DNA from: Armatimonadota bacterium
GTDB taxonomy: Bacteria; Armatimonadota; UBA5829
NCBI GenBank assembly: GCA_039679645.1
Contig: JBDKUO010000049.1
Span: 431-64,430, forward strand
Length of the DNA stretch: 64,000 nucleotides
Direction of reading: 5' to 3'
Under the pieces are notes generated by a model. That model did no database searches, was not told the DNA's origin, and worked only from the letters and a program-made list of their open reading frames with translations. Shown here piece by piece: positions 29,848-40,105 of the stretch. Position 1 is the first letter of the stretch. Each line of letters opens with the position of its first letter. A program made the position numbers and the translations under genes.

Positions 29848-31326
29848 TTACAGGATATATCTGCTCAAATCCTCATCTTTAACCACGTCCTGCAACTTCT
29901 CGCGCACATAAGGGGCATCCACGACAATATTCTTCTCGTCGATATCCGGCGCTGCAAATGACACGTCATCGAGCAGCCGCTCCAATATAGTGTAGAGGCG
30001 TCTTGCTCCGATATTTTCCATAGATGAGTTTACTTCGGCTGCGATTTTTGCTATTTCCTGAATGCCCTCATCGGTAAACTCAACCTCGACACCTTCTGTA
30101 GCCAGCAGCGCCTTGTATTGTTTTATAAGCGCATTTTTGGGTTCGGTGAGGATGCGTACGAAGTCGGCTTCAGTTAGGCTGTCAAGTTCCACTCTTATCG
30201 GCAGGCGTCCCTGAAGCTCAGGGATCAGGTCGGACGGCTTGGATACGTGAAATGCACCCGCGGCCACAAACAGCATATGCTGAGTCGATACAGGTCCGTA
30301 TTTCGTCATTACAGTCGAGCCTTCTATGATCGGGAGAATATCGCGCTGGACACCTTCGCGCGAAACTTGCGGTCCTGCCTCACTCTCTCGACCTGCTATC
30401 TTGTCCATCTCATCGACGAATATTATTCCTTCTTGCTCCGCCCGGTCGACAGCCTCACGAGTGATCGTGTCCTGATCGATCATATTGCGAGCCTCTTCGT
30501 CCGCCAAGATGCTCCGCGCCTCGGCTACGGTTACTCGCTTGCGCTTGCGCCGTTTTGGTATCAGGTTGCCGAGCATGCCGGACATGTCCATCCCCATCTC
30601 TTCGAGACCCTGCTGCCCGAAGACCTGGAAATGAGGCATGGATGTGTCCTCTACTTCGATATTGATCTCGCGGTCTTCTAGTTCGCCTGCCATAAGCTGA
30701 GCACGGAGCCGCTCGCGTATACGTTCCTTGCGCTCCATCTGGTCGCGAGTGTATTCATCAGGCGGCGCCTGTTCCTCTTCCTGCTCCTGGGGCATCTCCA
30801 TGGGCGGCGGTGGGTTGCCTGTGCCGGGGAAGATATGGCCCATAGCGTTCTGAAGCGAATCGAACCACTGCTTCGGCACGACACCCTGGCCTAAGTGACG
30901 CGCGGGAGGCTCCATAATATCGAGTATCTGCTCCATAGCCCTCTGCTCGGCTATCGGGCGCACTTCTTCTATCTTTTCTGCCTCAACCATCGCCACGGCG
31001 CGCTGGACCAGATCACGGACCATCGAATCGACATCTCTGCCGACATATCCGACCTCCGTAAACTTGGTAGCCTCGACCTTAACGAACGGCGCGCCCGCCA
31101 GGTTGGCCAGCCTTCGGGCGATTTCAGTCTTCCCGACTCCGGTCGGTCCCATCATCAGAATATTCTTGGGAATCACTTCATCGCGCAGGTCTTCGCCGAG
31201 CTGACGCCTGCGAAACCTGTTCCGCAGCGCCACAGCGACAGCCTTCTTGGCATTGTCCTGACCTACTATATATTTGTCCAACTCCGCCACTATCTGTTTT
31301 GGAGTAAGCTCGGTTTTCTCTTTCAA
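29848..31326 (-). CDS. hslU: ATP-dependent protease ATPase subunit HslU (TTG start, SD aaagagg; long I-domain)
   Basis: [21 protein letters not shown] Walker [23 protein letters not shown]-term; the 42-aa N-terminal extension in the ORF track is a read-through of repeat elements. Confidence 0.9.
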   Translation of the reverse strand: MKEKTELTPKQIVAELDKYIVGQDNAKKAVAVALRNRFRRRQLGEDLRDEVIPKNILMMGPTGVGKTEIARRLANLAGAPFVKVEATKFTEVGYVGRDVDSMVRDLVQRAVAMVEAEKIEEVRPIAEQRAMEQILDIMEPPARHLGQGVVPKQWFDSLQNAMGHIFPGTGNPPPPMEMPQEQEEEQAPPDEYTRDQMERKERIRERLRAQLMAGELEDREINIEVEDTSMPHFQVFGQQGLEEMGMDMSGMLGNLIPKRRKRKRVTVAEARSILADEEARNMIDQDTITREAVDRAEQEGIIFVDEMDKIAGRESEAGPQVSREGVQRDILPIIEGSTVMTKYGPVSTQHMLFVAAGAFHVSKPSDLIPELQGRLPIRVELDSLTEADFVRILTEPKNALIKQYKALLATEGVEVEFTDEGIQEIAKIAAEVNSSMENIGARRLYTILERLLDDVSFAAPDIDEKNIVVDAPYVREKLQDVVKDEDLSRYIL

Positions 31327-31343
31327 GTTGCACCTCTTTAAGT

Positions 31344-31420
31344 AGCTGAGAGCGGAGAGTGGAGAGCGAAGAGCCCAGACTCCCTCTCCTGGGGGAGAAA
31401 GCTGGGGTGAGGGCGCTGCG
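31344..31420. repeat. Composite repeat in hslV-hslU intergenic: R3 copy (minus orientation, 31344-31367) + R2 copy (31379-31420)
   Basis: Matches 24723-24746 (RC) and 8807-8847 respectively. Confidence 0.5.
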
Positions 31421-31448
31421 CTGTAATAACCATTGCCGCAATCAAGAC

Positions 31449-31982
31449 TCACATCTCATCAGTTGTTATTTCGTGATTGGTGTAGATACATATATCAGCC
31501 GCAATCTCCATGGACTTGCGCACAATATCTATTGGTGCCATATCCGTATTTCGGATAAGAGCTTTGGCAGCCGCTGTGGCATAAGCGCCGCCCGATCCGA
31601 TAGCCACGACATTCTCGTCAGGCTCAATCACCTCGCCATTACCCGATATGACCAGCAGATACTCCTGATTAGCGACAATCATCATTGCCTCGAGCCTGCG
31701 CAAGACTCTATCGGTGCGCCATTCCTTGGCAAACTCAATTACCGCGCGCTTGAGGTTGCCGTGAGCTTCACGGAGCTTGGACTCGAACTTGTCGGCAAGT
31801 GTCTGCGCATCCGCAACTGACCCCGCAAAACCCATCAGGACCTTGTCGTCATATAGCCTGCGGATTTTGTGAGCTTTGGCTTTCATGATCGTGGTTTCCA
31901 ACGTTACCTGGCCATCCGCGCCTATAGCGACATTGTTGTTTTTCTTAACGGCAATAACCGTAGTTGCATGCATTTCAGGCAT
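31449..31982 (-). CDS. hslV: ATP-dependent protease subunit HslV
   Basis: N-terminal TTVIAV (Thr1 nucleophile after Met), GSGG motif. Confidence 0.9.
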   Translation of the reverse strand: MPEMHATTVIAVKKNNNVAIGADGQVTLETTIMKAKAHKIRRLYDDKVLMGFAGSVADAQTLADKFESKLREAHGNLKRAVIEFAKEWRTDRVLRRLEAMMIVANQEYLLVISGNGEVIEPDENVVAIGSGGAYATAAAKALIRNTDMAPIDIVRKSMEIAADICIYTNHEITTDEM

Positions 31983-31986
31983 ATAT

Positions 31987-32913
31987 TTATTTCTCCATGT
32001 GTTCGTTTCCAAGTGCGGCTCTCGGGTGAGCGCGGTCGTATACTTCCTTCAACCTTTCCCTGGAAACGTGTGTGTAAATCTGAGTCGTGGTCACATTTTC
32101 ATGCCCCAACAGCTCCTGCACGCTTCGCAGATCGGCCCCATGGTCCATCATATGCGTCGCGAAGCTGTGCCTAAGTGTATGCGGGCTGACAGAAAGTGAG
32201 TCGCTTACTTTTTCGACGTGCTTTGTCAGAATCCTTCGGACCGATGACGCCACAAGTTTTGTTCCACGATAACCAAGAAACAGCGCATCGGTTGCCTCCC
32301 GGCTCTTTGCGGCAAGTTTTGGACGACCATACTCGATATACTGTCCGAGCGCTTCCATCGCAGCCGACCCGATCAGGACTACACGTTCTTTATTACGCTT
32401 GCCGATCACATTAAGTTCGCCCGTGTTATCAGAAATATCGGCTATTTTCAGAGAGAGCAGTTCGCTGAGTCGCATGCCGGTCGAGTACAGCGTTTCCAAG
32501 ATTGCTTTGTCCCTCAGTCCCTCAGGTGTGGTGAGGTCTGGGGCGGAGATCAGCGCTTCGATCTGTTCTTCACGCATAACATTTGGCAGCGGACGCGATT
32601 GCTTCGGCGACCTGACACCTTCAGTCGGATTGTTTTCAAGCAGTTCGTGCTCGACAAGGTATCTAAAGAACGCCCTGAGCGCGGCGAGTTTCCTCGCGAC
32701 AGAGGATTTTGCATGTCCAGTCTTTTGCAGATTAGCAAGATATCTCCGGACCAAAAGCTGATCTATCGGGGCTTCGGATTCTTTATAGAAGCGCAAAAAA
32801 TCCAGCACATCCGATGAATATGCCGCCAGCGTATGCTCACTTGCCCGCTCGACAAGGCGCATGTGTTCAATAAATGCATCCAAACTTTTTTCCATGTCAA
32901 CCGATTGTAGCAT
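31987..32913 (-). CDS. xerC: Tyrosine recombinase XerC/XerD family
   Basis: R..HxxR..Y catalytic set (HTLRHSFATHMMDHGADLRSVQELLGHENVTTTQIYTHV); classic xerC-hslVU neighbourhood. Confidence 0.85.
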   Translation of the reverse strand: MLQSVDMEKSLDAFIEHMRLVERASEHTLAAYSSDVLDFLRFYKESEAPIDQLLVRRYLANLQKTGHAKSSVARKLAALRAFFRYLVEHELLENNPTEGVRSPKQSRPLPNVMREEQIEALISAPDLTTPEGLRDKAILETLYSTGMRLSELLSLKIADISDNTGELNVIGKRNKERVVLIGSAAMEALGQYIEYGRPKLAAKSREATDALFLGYRGTKLVASSVRRILTKHVEKVSDSLSVSPHTLRHSFATHMMDHGADLRSVQELLGHENVTTTQIYTHVSRERLKEVYDRAHPRAALGNEHMEK

Positions 32914-32987
32914 GTTAGTCTACCTGTATGGAATACCTAAATATGGGAGAGCGCTTTCCCGATAACATGCAGGGGGCTGGGACAGCG

Positions 32988-33401
32988 ATGAATGAGCAAG
33001 GCTATGAAATCCGCTTGAAAAATGCCGAAGGTGTTCCTATCTTACACCTTGCCGGCGACGTCACCAAATCGGCTTTGAAAGCCGTCAGAACCACGCTGGA
33101 CCACTTGGCCTCTGCAGGTCACTACAATATTGTGCTCAACATCGAACGCGCACACTTGGCCAACCTGCGCTTTTTGACCGGCCTAAGCGGCACCGTGCGC
33201 AATATTCGCGCGCACTATGGGGCAGTAGACCTTATAGTTTCGCCTGATGCCAGGAAACAGATGCCGATTACCGGTCAGATTGCACGGTTGTTTCGACTAT
33301 GCGCATCTGAGAGCCAGGCCATCTCACGAATCAAGAGGCTGACCAGGCATCCCGATGTTCTAAATGAAGCCAACGCTCGAATTTGGAGAAATCATGATTA
33401 A
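32988..33401 (+). CDS. STAS-domain protein (anti-sigma-factor antagonist-like); ORF frame opens at 32928
   Basis: EGVPILHLAGDVTKSALKAVRTTLD... pattern resembling SpoIIAA/STAS; weak. Confidence 0.5.
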   Translation: MNEQGYEIRLKNAEGVPILHLAGDVTKSALKAVRTTLDHLASAGHYNIVLNIERAHLANLRFLTGLSGTVRNIRAHYGAVDLIVSPDARKQMPITGQIARLFRLCASESQAISRIKRLTRHPDVLNEANARIWRNHD

Positions 33402-33603
33402 CCCGTCTAAAAGCAAGCTCAAGGTTATTAAAATACTCGATCCGCTTATGTGCGTGCGGTGCGATAACGCCTACATAGCCGACGTCGTAATGAAAGAAGG
33501 CACGCGCAAGAAGATGTTCTACTGCTCCCGCCGCGACTGTGACAACTGGTGCGCGAAAAACGCATCCGGTATTGAAGAGGACGAGATGGATCAGGCTGCC
33601 TGA
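33394..33603 (+). CDS. Small cysteine-rich (zinc-ribbon-like) protein, unknown function
   Basis: CVRC...18...CSRRDC..WC cysteine pattern; 8-nt overlap with STAS gene. Confidence 0.4.
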   Translation: MINPSKSKLKVIKILDPLMCVRCDNAYIADVVMKEGTRKKMFYCSRRDCDNWCAKNASGIEEDEMDQAA

Positions 33604-33608
33604 CCGAT

Positions 33609-35939
33609 TCAGGACTGCCGCTTGAGCAGCCGCATGCTGTTTGCAATCACCAGCAGCGCGCTGCCTTCATGTCCCAGGACACCTGTCGCAAGGCTCACCT
33701 TCTGCCATAGTGCGCCTGTGATCAAGAGAACAATGACCCCAAGAGCGATTGCTACATTCTGCCGTATCACTTTTCTGGCTTTCCGGCTGAGAGCGACGGC
33801 ATACGGCAGCATCACTATATCATCCGCCATAAGAGCGACATCCGCGGCCTCAATTGCCGCGTGACTTCCCGCTCCGCCCATCGCCACACCCACGTCGGCA
33901 GCAGCAAGAGCAGGCGCGTCATTTATACCGTCGCCTACCATCGCGACCCTGTCGCGCTTTGTGCCGAGAGCGCGGATTTTGGCGAGCTTGTCTTCAGGTA
34001 GAAGCTGCGCGTGATATTCGTCTATACCAAGGCTCTGAGCAACGCGTGCAGCAGTGCGGGAATTGTCTCCAGTGAGCATTACAGTCCGGTCAATTCCAAT
34101 TTGCTTGAGAGCGGATATTGAAGGCGCGCCGCTCGGCCTGACTGTATCTGACGCGGCAATTGCTCCCCACAGCTCCTTCTCATTGCTCAGATAGACCACT
34201 GTCTTTCCCGACTCTGCAAGTTCAGCGACAGGACCGCTCTCAGGAACAGCAACGCCGAGTTCGTCCATAAGCCTGCGGCTGCCGACATAAAACAGGCCGC
34301 CGTTTACGACAGCACGCGCACCCTTGCCGGGAAATGCCTCAAAGAACGAGACAGGACGCTCAGGCAGACTCAGCTCGTGAAATTTTTCTATGATCGAGTC
34401 GGCTAGCGGGTGCTCGGACCTGGATTCGAGAGCTGCTGCAATTGAAAGCACATCATCGGCGCTGTGATCATTTGCAGGCAAAACATCAGTCACAGACGGC
34501 TTACCGATAGTGAGAGTGCCTGTCTTATCGAATGCAATAATCGTAACATCGCCCAGCATTTCCAGGTGCGCGCCGCCCTTTATAAGCGCGCCCGAGCGAG
34601 CGGCATTTCCTATCGCTGCAACAATCGCTACGGGAGTCGATATCACCAGCGCGCATGGGCATGAGACTATAAGCAGCGTCAGTGCCCTGGTGACCCAGTC
34701 TCTGTAATCGCCGCCGATGACAATCGTCCCGCCTATCCCGACAAGAGCTGCGAGAGCGATCACGACAGGCGTATATATCTGTCCAAACTTTTCACTGAAC
34801 CGCTGAGACGGCGCCTTTTGAGACTGAGCCTCTTCGACAAGATGGACAATCCGCGCCAGAGTGTTGTCATCCGAGCGGGTCGTTGTCCTGACCTCTATCG
34901 CTCCCCTGCCATTTATCGAGCCGGCATAGACCCTGTCACCTTTTGCCTTAGTTACTGGGACGGATTCGCCTGTAATCGGTGACTCGTTGACTGCCGTTTC
35001 TCCATCGACAACAGTGCCGTCCACAGGGACCTTGTCACCGGGTTTGATTATGACTATATCGCCTATCTCAATATCATGCAGGTGCATATCTTCGATACGG
35101 CCGTCTCGCTTGACTGATGCCTGGGTAGGAAACGCTTCGATCAACGACTTGATCGACCTGCGGGTCTTGTCGACCGTGTGAGCTTCCAGCGTAGAGCCGA
35201 GCGAGAAGAGAAATACAACAGCCGCCGCCTCGGAGTAATCACCCAGCACGATTGCTCCCACCGCAGCGGCAGTCATGAGAAAGTTTGTGTCGAGAACGAA
35301 ACTCTTTGCGCTCAGAATCCCTGTCCTGGCTGGATATATCCCACCAGCTATAGCGGAGGCAATGAAGAATGCCGGAGTCAGATTATGCCCGGCTTTAGCG
35401 AGAGTGAAAGCCAGTCCAACAGCAAGCAATGCGCCGGATATCACTGTCAACGCAATGCGCATTCCTCTAAGTGTTATTGCCTTGGGCGCGGGCGCGCCGG
35501 GCGCAGCTTCGATATCATAACCGAAGTCGTGGACTTTCTTGACGATCGCATCTATGCTTATTACATCCGGCTCGAACTCGACGATCAGCATGGAAGTAGC
35601 ATAGTTCAGCGATGCCCAGGCAACGCCGCGCATTTTGCGAATAGCGGTTTCAAGCTTGAGAGTGCAATCGGGGCAGTCCAGACCTGTCACACGGAGCCTT
35701 TCGTGCGCATATCGCTCCTTGACCGTGACCCCCAGTGTTATCGCGCGTTCTTTAATATCCTCAAAAGTAACAAGGTTCTTGTCGTATGTCAGGCGGACGG
35801 TCTGAGCTTTCGTGTCTACGGCGACATCGTGCACACCGTCCATATCGTCCAGCGCTTCCTGCAGGCGCGAGATGCACAGTTCGCAGTCTTCATAATAGTT
35901 TGGCCATATGACCGGTATGTCGAGAGTCTGGGTTTCCAA
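33609..35939 (-). CDS. P1B-type heavy-metal translocating ATPase (ZntA/CadA-like; two N-terminal HMA domains)
   Basis: CPC motif SCPCALVISTP, DKTGTLT, GDGINDAPAL, HMA CPDC. Confidence 0.9.
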   Translation of the reverse strand: METQTLDIPVIWPNYYEDCELCISRLQEALDDMDGVHDVAVDTKAQTVRLTYDKNLVTFEDIKERAITLGVTVKERYAHERLRVTGLDCPDCTLKLETAIRKMRGVAWASLNYATSMLIVEFEPDVISIDAIVKKVHDFGYDIEAAPGAPAPKAITLRGMRIALTVISGALLAVGLAFTLAKAGHNLTPAFFIASAIAGGIYPARTGILSAKSFVLDTNFLMTAAAVGAIVLGDYSEAAAVVFLFSLGSTLEAHTVDKTRRSIKSLIEAFPTQASVKRDGRIEDMHLHDIEIGDIVIIKPGDKVPVDGTVVDGETAVNESPITGESVPVTKAKGDRVYAGSINGRGAIEVRTTTRSDDNTLARIVHLVEEAQSQKAPSQRFSEKFGQIYTPVVIALAALVGIGGTIVIGGDYRDWVTRALTLLIVSCPCALVISTPVAIVAAIGNAARSGALIKGGAHLEMLGDVTIIAFDKTGTLTIGKPSVTDVLPANDHSADDVLSIAAALESRSEHPLADSIIEKFHELSLPERPVSFFEAFPGKGARAVVNGGLFYVGSRRLMDELGVAVPESGPVAELAESGKTVVYLSNEKELWGAIAASDTVRPSGAPSISALKQIGIDRTVMLTGDNSRTAARVAQSLGIDEYHAQLLPEDKLAKIRALGTKRDRVAMVGDGINDAPALAAADVGVAMGGAGSHAAIEAADVALMADDIVMLPYAVALSRKARKVIRQNVAIALGVIVLLITGALWQKVSLATGVLGHEGSALLVIANSMRLLKRQS

Positions 35940-35956
35940 AAGACCGGCTCACACCT

Positions 35957-36172
35957 CTAGATGTCGATTACGATTGCGTCAATGTCCGAATCCGGCACAC
36001 TCTCACCGGATTCCGCTAACGATTTTAGATGAGAAGTGATCGAGTTTGCTGCAAATTGAATTGCCTGCTCCCTTGTATGTGCCTCGGCATGTATTTCAGG
36101 GACCGCCGGTATCTTAACTGATACCCATCCCTGGTTATCAGTCGTTACTTCCACTTTGTATCTTCGGATCAT
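35957..36172 (-). CDS. HicB-like (UPF0150) small protein, solitary
   Basis: YKVEVTTDNQGWVSVKIPAVPEIHAEAHTREQAIQFA resembles HicB N-domain; no HicA adjacent. Confidence 0.45.
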   Translation of the reverse strand: MIRRYKVEVTTDNQGWVSVKIPAVPEIHAEAHTREQAIQFAANSITSHLKSLAESGESVPDSDIDAIVIDI

Positions 36173-36202
36173 CTAATTTTCCTTTATCCGCGTCTCAGCG
36201 GT

Positions 36203-39175
36203 TCAATCCCGCTTTTCCTCAGCCAATATTCTCACTCTACCCATAAGTCCTGACTGCCTCGGGTTGGCATCTATAAAGTTAGTCATCGAGTTTGTAATCT
36301 TGATAGAAAGCGTATTCCTTCCGCCGGTCACAAGATCGGTAATATCGGCTTCCCATGGCTGCCACAGCCGCGCATCAGCGCATTTGCCGTTCACCGATAT
36401 CTCGACCATATCCCTCACATCATCAACAGAAACGATTATGCGCTTGCCCTTCGCCTGCCGCGGGAGCTTGAAACTGTGCGTATATATGCCGGTGCCGGAG
36501 AAATACGGGTAACCGAGATCAGTCCACGACCCGCTCTGCGCAGCCTCGGCGGGGGCTATAATAGTCTTAGACTCACGATCACACGCAAAATTACCCAAGA
36601 GTATGGGTGCGCAGTTGAGCACCAGTGGCTGACCCGCCCATGGCGAGTGAAGAATTTCTATCTTAATCGTGTTCTCCCCGCCAATAATAGCCTCGGTGAT
36701 ATCCAGAGTCTTGAATCCATTATCCAGATACGAGCCGAACTTAGGCGCATCCCACGTCTTGTCATTTACATGCACTGCCATACGCATCCTACCCATCAGC
36801 GATGCGCGGTATTCAATATCGTCGAGCATGAGCATGATATTATCTGGAATATGCTCACACTGGAACCGGGCGGTGTATGAATATGATGTGCATCCGCCCA
36901 ATGAAGTTATCTTGAAATCCATGTCTCCAAGTATCAGAGCGTTGGGCTGCTGTGTCTCGAATATCCACTCATCGGGCAATACGAGCAGTTCAGTCCTTTC
37001 TATCTCACGCACCGGCTTGAACTGAGTCTCGACTTCCGGGTCCACTACATAAAGCGCGGAGCCGTACGGCGGAAAATCTCGCTGGGTGCACAACCTGCCG
37101 TCTTTCCTTTCGACATTGGCTGCTGGTGATATATCGCCAGTCTCCAGGTTCCACTCTTGGATATCACCCATAATCTCCATGCTGATCACGCACTTAGTAT
37201 CCTGGTCGGACGAGTTAATTACAAAATATGCATGTTTGCCGCCTATCTCACGGTGGATATACCTGACATCAGTCATCAGCTTTCCGCTGGGCGAAACAAT
37301 TTTTACATCCGGCTTAACCGCCTCGCGGAGAGCATTATCCAGTGCGCGAGTAAGGCTCTCCCGGTCGATAGTGCCCGCCAGCACTGGGATCACTTTGCCT
37401 TCGCCAGACAATATTTCAGCCTGTTCGCGCAGATGATCAGGGTCTGGGTCCCTGTGGGTCATCGGAGGAAGTATCCACTTGCCGCCTGTCCGAATGAACT
37501 CGCGGACATTGTCACCGGCGGAAGTTTCAGTTATCGATATGGGCGCGATGAGAGCCTCGAACTCCTCATTGTTGATGACTATCTTTCCATTATCTATATG
37601 AGCCGATGCTATCGCCTGTTCAGGCAGGATATCGTAGTCACAATGGAGTCTAGGCAAAATGCTTGCGCACAGATCATAAGAGTCACTCAGAACGCGGTCT
37701 TTCTCGCCTTCAAGTCCGATTGTATGCCTGCCCCAAAACTCTTTTAGCGGATAAAAGAGCGCAACTTTTGCTACATGCCTGCCCTCGCGCATCACATAAG
37801 AGAGCCTGCCTATGTAATCAGCAAATTTTTTATAGTGCTGCCAGCCGGGCATGTGATTCTCGGAGGGTGGGGCGTCCGTCTTTCTGAACCCCTCTATGCT
37901 GTAAAAGAGCGCATGCGGGCAAAGCATATTGATCCCGAGGCAATATTGCCAGTCGGCGATCCACTTCATTTTCGCAGGAGTAAGTCCCCAACCGGCGCAG
38001 CCGTATGTCTCGCTGACCACTGCTTCTTTACCCGCCCAATGCCCAAGCGAGGCTATCAATTTTTCACCCTGCATATTTGTAAGCTGCCTGGGAAGGTTGT
38101 CCCAGCCATATGGAGTCTCGGTCACTTCACCCAGGTGGTCCACGCCGGGTATGTCCATTGTCGCTAGCGAAGAAACGATGTCCGCCTGGAAATCCGTGTT
38201 GATATATAATCCCTCTTCAAATAGAGCATGACCGGTGAACTTGAGGTTGTGCTCGGTGCACCATTTCTTATACGGTCCGAAGAACGCCTTCAAGTATAAG
38301 TCTTCGACACTCTGCCAAAACGTTCGGCGCACATTTACTGTGTTCTCGTCTATCTCAAAGAACAAATGCGGCAAAAACTGATCAGTGTTCATATCGAGTC
38401 GGGTCTTCATCTCACATTCGATCAGATTGTCCCAGACCACTACTCGTGTATGCGGCCTCTGCGTATACCAGCTCGCGTGATGCCATGGCATAAGTGTCGG
38501 TTCATCCGTGAAGACGCCCTTGATCATCTTGCCGAAGTACTCACCAACCGCTTTTACATACGGGTCGAACGTGTAGTCCAGGAAGAATCGCATGGCCTCA
38601 GGGTTGAGGTAATCGACGCCATAGACTATATCGTTCGGGTCTTCCAGCACGCACTTCGAATAGACCACCACGCTCCAGTCGCCTCGTGGAGCTTTCCAGG
38701 TTAGTTGATTGCCGGACACATTGGATATAAGATCGGTCTTATCATCGCCGGGTTTGTTACGACGGTATGCGTATGCGGCAACGACCTCACCCGATGGCAA
38801 CTCAATCGTCACATTCTCGCCGGAGGATACATCTCGCTCAGTCAGATCAATAAACTTTGACCTATACTCTTTTACGCCGCTGACTTTGAGATTGCCTATT
38901 CCGCTCGGGAAGCCGTTCTCGTCATAGAGCCAGACATCCATCCCGAGTTCTTCTGCGGTCTTGATCGCGCACTTGACGCACTCCATCCATTCGCGCGAAA
39001 GATACTCGGTCTCCAGGCCAAACCTGGCGTGTATAAAGAAACCGCCCAGACCTTTTGAGTGGAAATCGTGTATTTGAGAGACGATCTCCTCTCTTCTTAG
39101 TTTCGAGTTCCAAAACCAGAATGGCAGCGGCCTGTATTTACTTGGCGGGTTTTTGAATGTTTCGCTGGATAACAT
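36203..39175 (-). CDS. Large glycoside hydrolase (990 aa), possibly GH106-like (alpha-L-rhamnosidase family)
   Basis: N-terminal YRPLPFWFWN...EIVSQIHDFHSKGLGGFFIHARFGL motif typical of this hydrolase group; family assignment from memory, uncertain. Confidence 0.6.
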   Translation of the reverse strand: MLSSETFKNPPSKYRPLPFWFWNSKLRREEIVSQIHDFHSKGLGGFFIHARFGLETEYLSREWMECVKCAIKTAEELGMDVWLYDENGFPSGIGNLKVSGVKEYRSKFIDLTERDVSSGENVTIELPSGEVVAAYAYRRNKPGDDKTDLISNVSGNQLTWKAPRGDWSVVVYSKCVLEDPNDIVYGVDYLNPEAMRFFLDYTFDPYVKAVGEYFGKMIKGVFTDEPTLMPWHHASWYTQRPHTRVVVWDNLIECEMKTRLDMNTDQFLPHLFFEIDENTVNVRRTFWQSVEDLYLKAFFGPYKKWCTEHNLKFTGHALFEEGLYINTDFQADIVSSLATMDIPGVDHLGEVTETPYGWDNLPRQLTNMQGEKLIASLGHWAGKEAVVSETYGCAGWGLTPAKMKWIADWQYCLGINMLCPHALFYSIEGFRKTDAPPSENHMPGWQHYKKFADYIGRLSYVMREGRHVAKVALFYPLKEFWGRHTIGLEGEKDRVLSDSYDLCASILPRLHCDYDILPEQAIASAHIDNGKIVINNEEFEALIAPISITETSAGDNVREFIRTGGKWILPPMTHRDPDPDHLREQAEILSGEGKVIPVLAGTIDRESLTRALDNALREAVKPDVKIVSPSGKLMTDVRYIHREIGGKHAYFVINSSDQDTKCVISMEIMGDIQEWNLETGDISPAANVERKDGRLCTQRDFPPYGSALYVVDPEVETQFKPVREIERTELLVLPDEWIFETQQPNALILGDMDFKITSLGGCTSYSYTARFQCEHIPDNIMLMLDDIEYRASLMGRMRMAVHVNDKTWDAPKFGSYLDNGFKTLDITEAIIGGENTIKIEILHSPWAGQPLVLNCAPILLGNFACDRESKTIIAPAEAAQSGSWTDLGYPYFSGTGIYTHSFKLPRQAKGKRIIVSVDDVRDMVEISVNGKCADARLWQPWEADITDLVTGGRNTLSIKITNSMTNFIDANPRQSGLMGRVRILAEEKRD

Positions 39176-39243
39176 ACGGTCATTTTACTGCAGCAAGTGA
39201 CGGATTGTAAACGTCTCACATCTCCTGTTACAATAATAGAGAT

Positions 39244-39945
39244 ATGCAGCGCATTACCAAACTTCCCAAACTCGATAGAAAGCTGATCGAAGAAAACACA
39301 ATCGATTATTACCGCACTGCCGGAGGCACCAGGCCGGACCTGCGCGTGGTCGATATTGACGGCAAAAAAATAGCCGTAAAGGACTTCAGGCGCAGCGACT
39401 TCCTATTTAGAGCGATAGTCGGGCCGATATTGATCCGCCGTGAGTTCGGAGCCATGCGGGATTTGCTGGGCGTAAAGGGAATTCCTCAGCTTGTAGGCCG
39501 GATGGACAAATATGCCCTCGCCATGGAGCACATATCGGGCACCAGCCTTGAGCATGTGGAGCAGGGAGTCCTCACAGACGAGTTTCACACCCAACTTGCT
39601 GACGTTATAAATAACATGCACTCCCATGGCGTTGCGCACTGCGACCTTCGCAGCCGAGGCAACGTTATGCTCGGTGACGACGGCAAACCATATGTAGTCG
39701 ATTTTGCCGCATGTGTATATAGAGGCCGCGGGATCAACCCGTTTACCAGGTGGCTCTTTAATCAATTTGTGCTCGCAGACAACAACGCCGTGCTGCGTAT
39801 AAAGCAGCGCCTTTCACCCGAGCTGCTCACAGACAAAGACAAGATCGAACTGGCAACCCCGCTTCCATTTGAAGTGCCGGCACGTATTGTCGGTGAAAGC
39901 ATCCGTAAGCTTACTCGCAGTCTTCTAACTCACCACAAGTCCTGA
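39244..39945 (+). CDS. Protein-kinase-like fold protein (Kdo/WaaP/RIO lipopolysaccharide-kinase family)
   Basis: Catalytic loop HGVAHCDLRSRGNVML, DFA(A) motif YVVDFAAC. Confidence 0.6.
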   Translation: MQRITKLPKLDRKLIEENTIDYYRTAGGTRPDLRVVDIDGKKIAVKDFRRSDFLFRAIVGPILIRREFGAMRDLLGVKGIPQLVGRMDKYALAMEHISGTSLEHVEQGVLTDEFHTQLADVINNMHSHGVAHCDLRSRGNVMLGDDGKPYVVDFAACVYRGRGINPFTRWLFNQFVLADNNAVLRIKQRLSPELLTDKDKIELATPLPFEVPARIVGESIRKLTRSLLTHHKS

Positions 39946-40105
39946 TAATACGTAAACAAGCTGCAACACTACCGATACGTTACGTTAACTCCTGCTTAAC
40001 ACTCCCGAAATAACCCAACCTTATACTTAAAACAAGCATGGTGCATTACTTTGGGGCATTTTGATACCCAACTCCGGCACCAAATTTTGAGGAGGAGACT
40101 GACAA

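Noticed and set aside
31327-31452. 42-aa N-terminal extension of HslU in ORF track ([25 protein letters not shown]...)
   Set aside because: It is in-frame translation of the R2/R3 repeat elements. HslU homology and a good SD begin at TTG 31326.
35957-39175. HicB-like gene plus upstream GH gene as a toxin-antitoxin pair
   Set aside because: The upstream 990-aa protein is a glycoside hydrolase, not a toxin, so the adjacency is likely coincidental.
39946-40105. Sigma54 promoter upstream of OMP/amt (tggtgcattactttgg)
   Set aside because: Only the -24 GG and an approximate -12 TG match. It is too weak to annotate as a feature and is mentioned only as a hypothesis.
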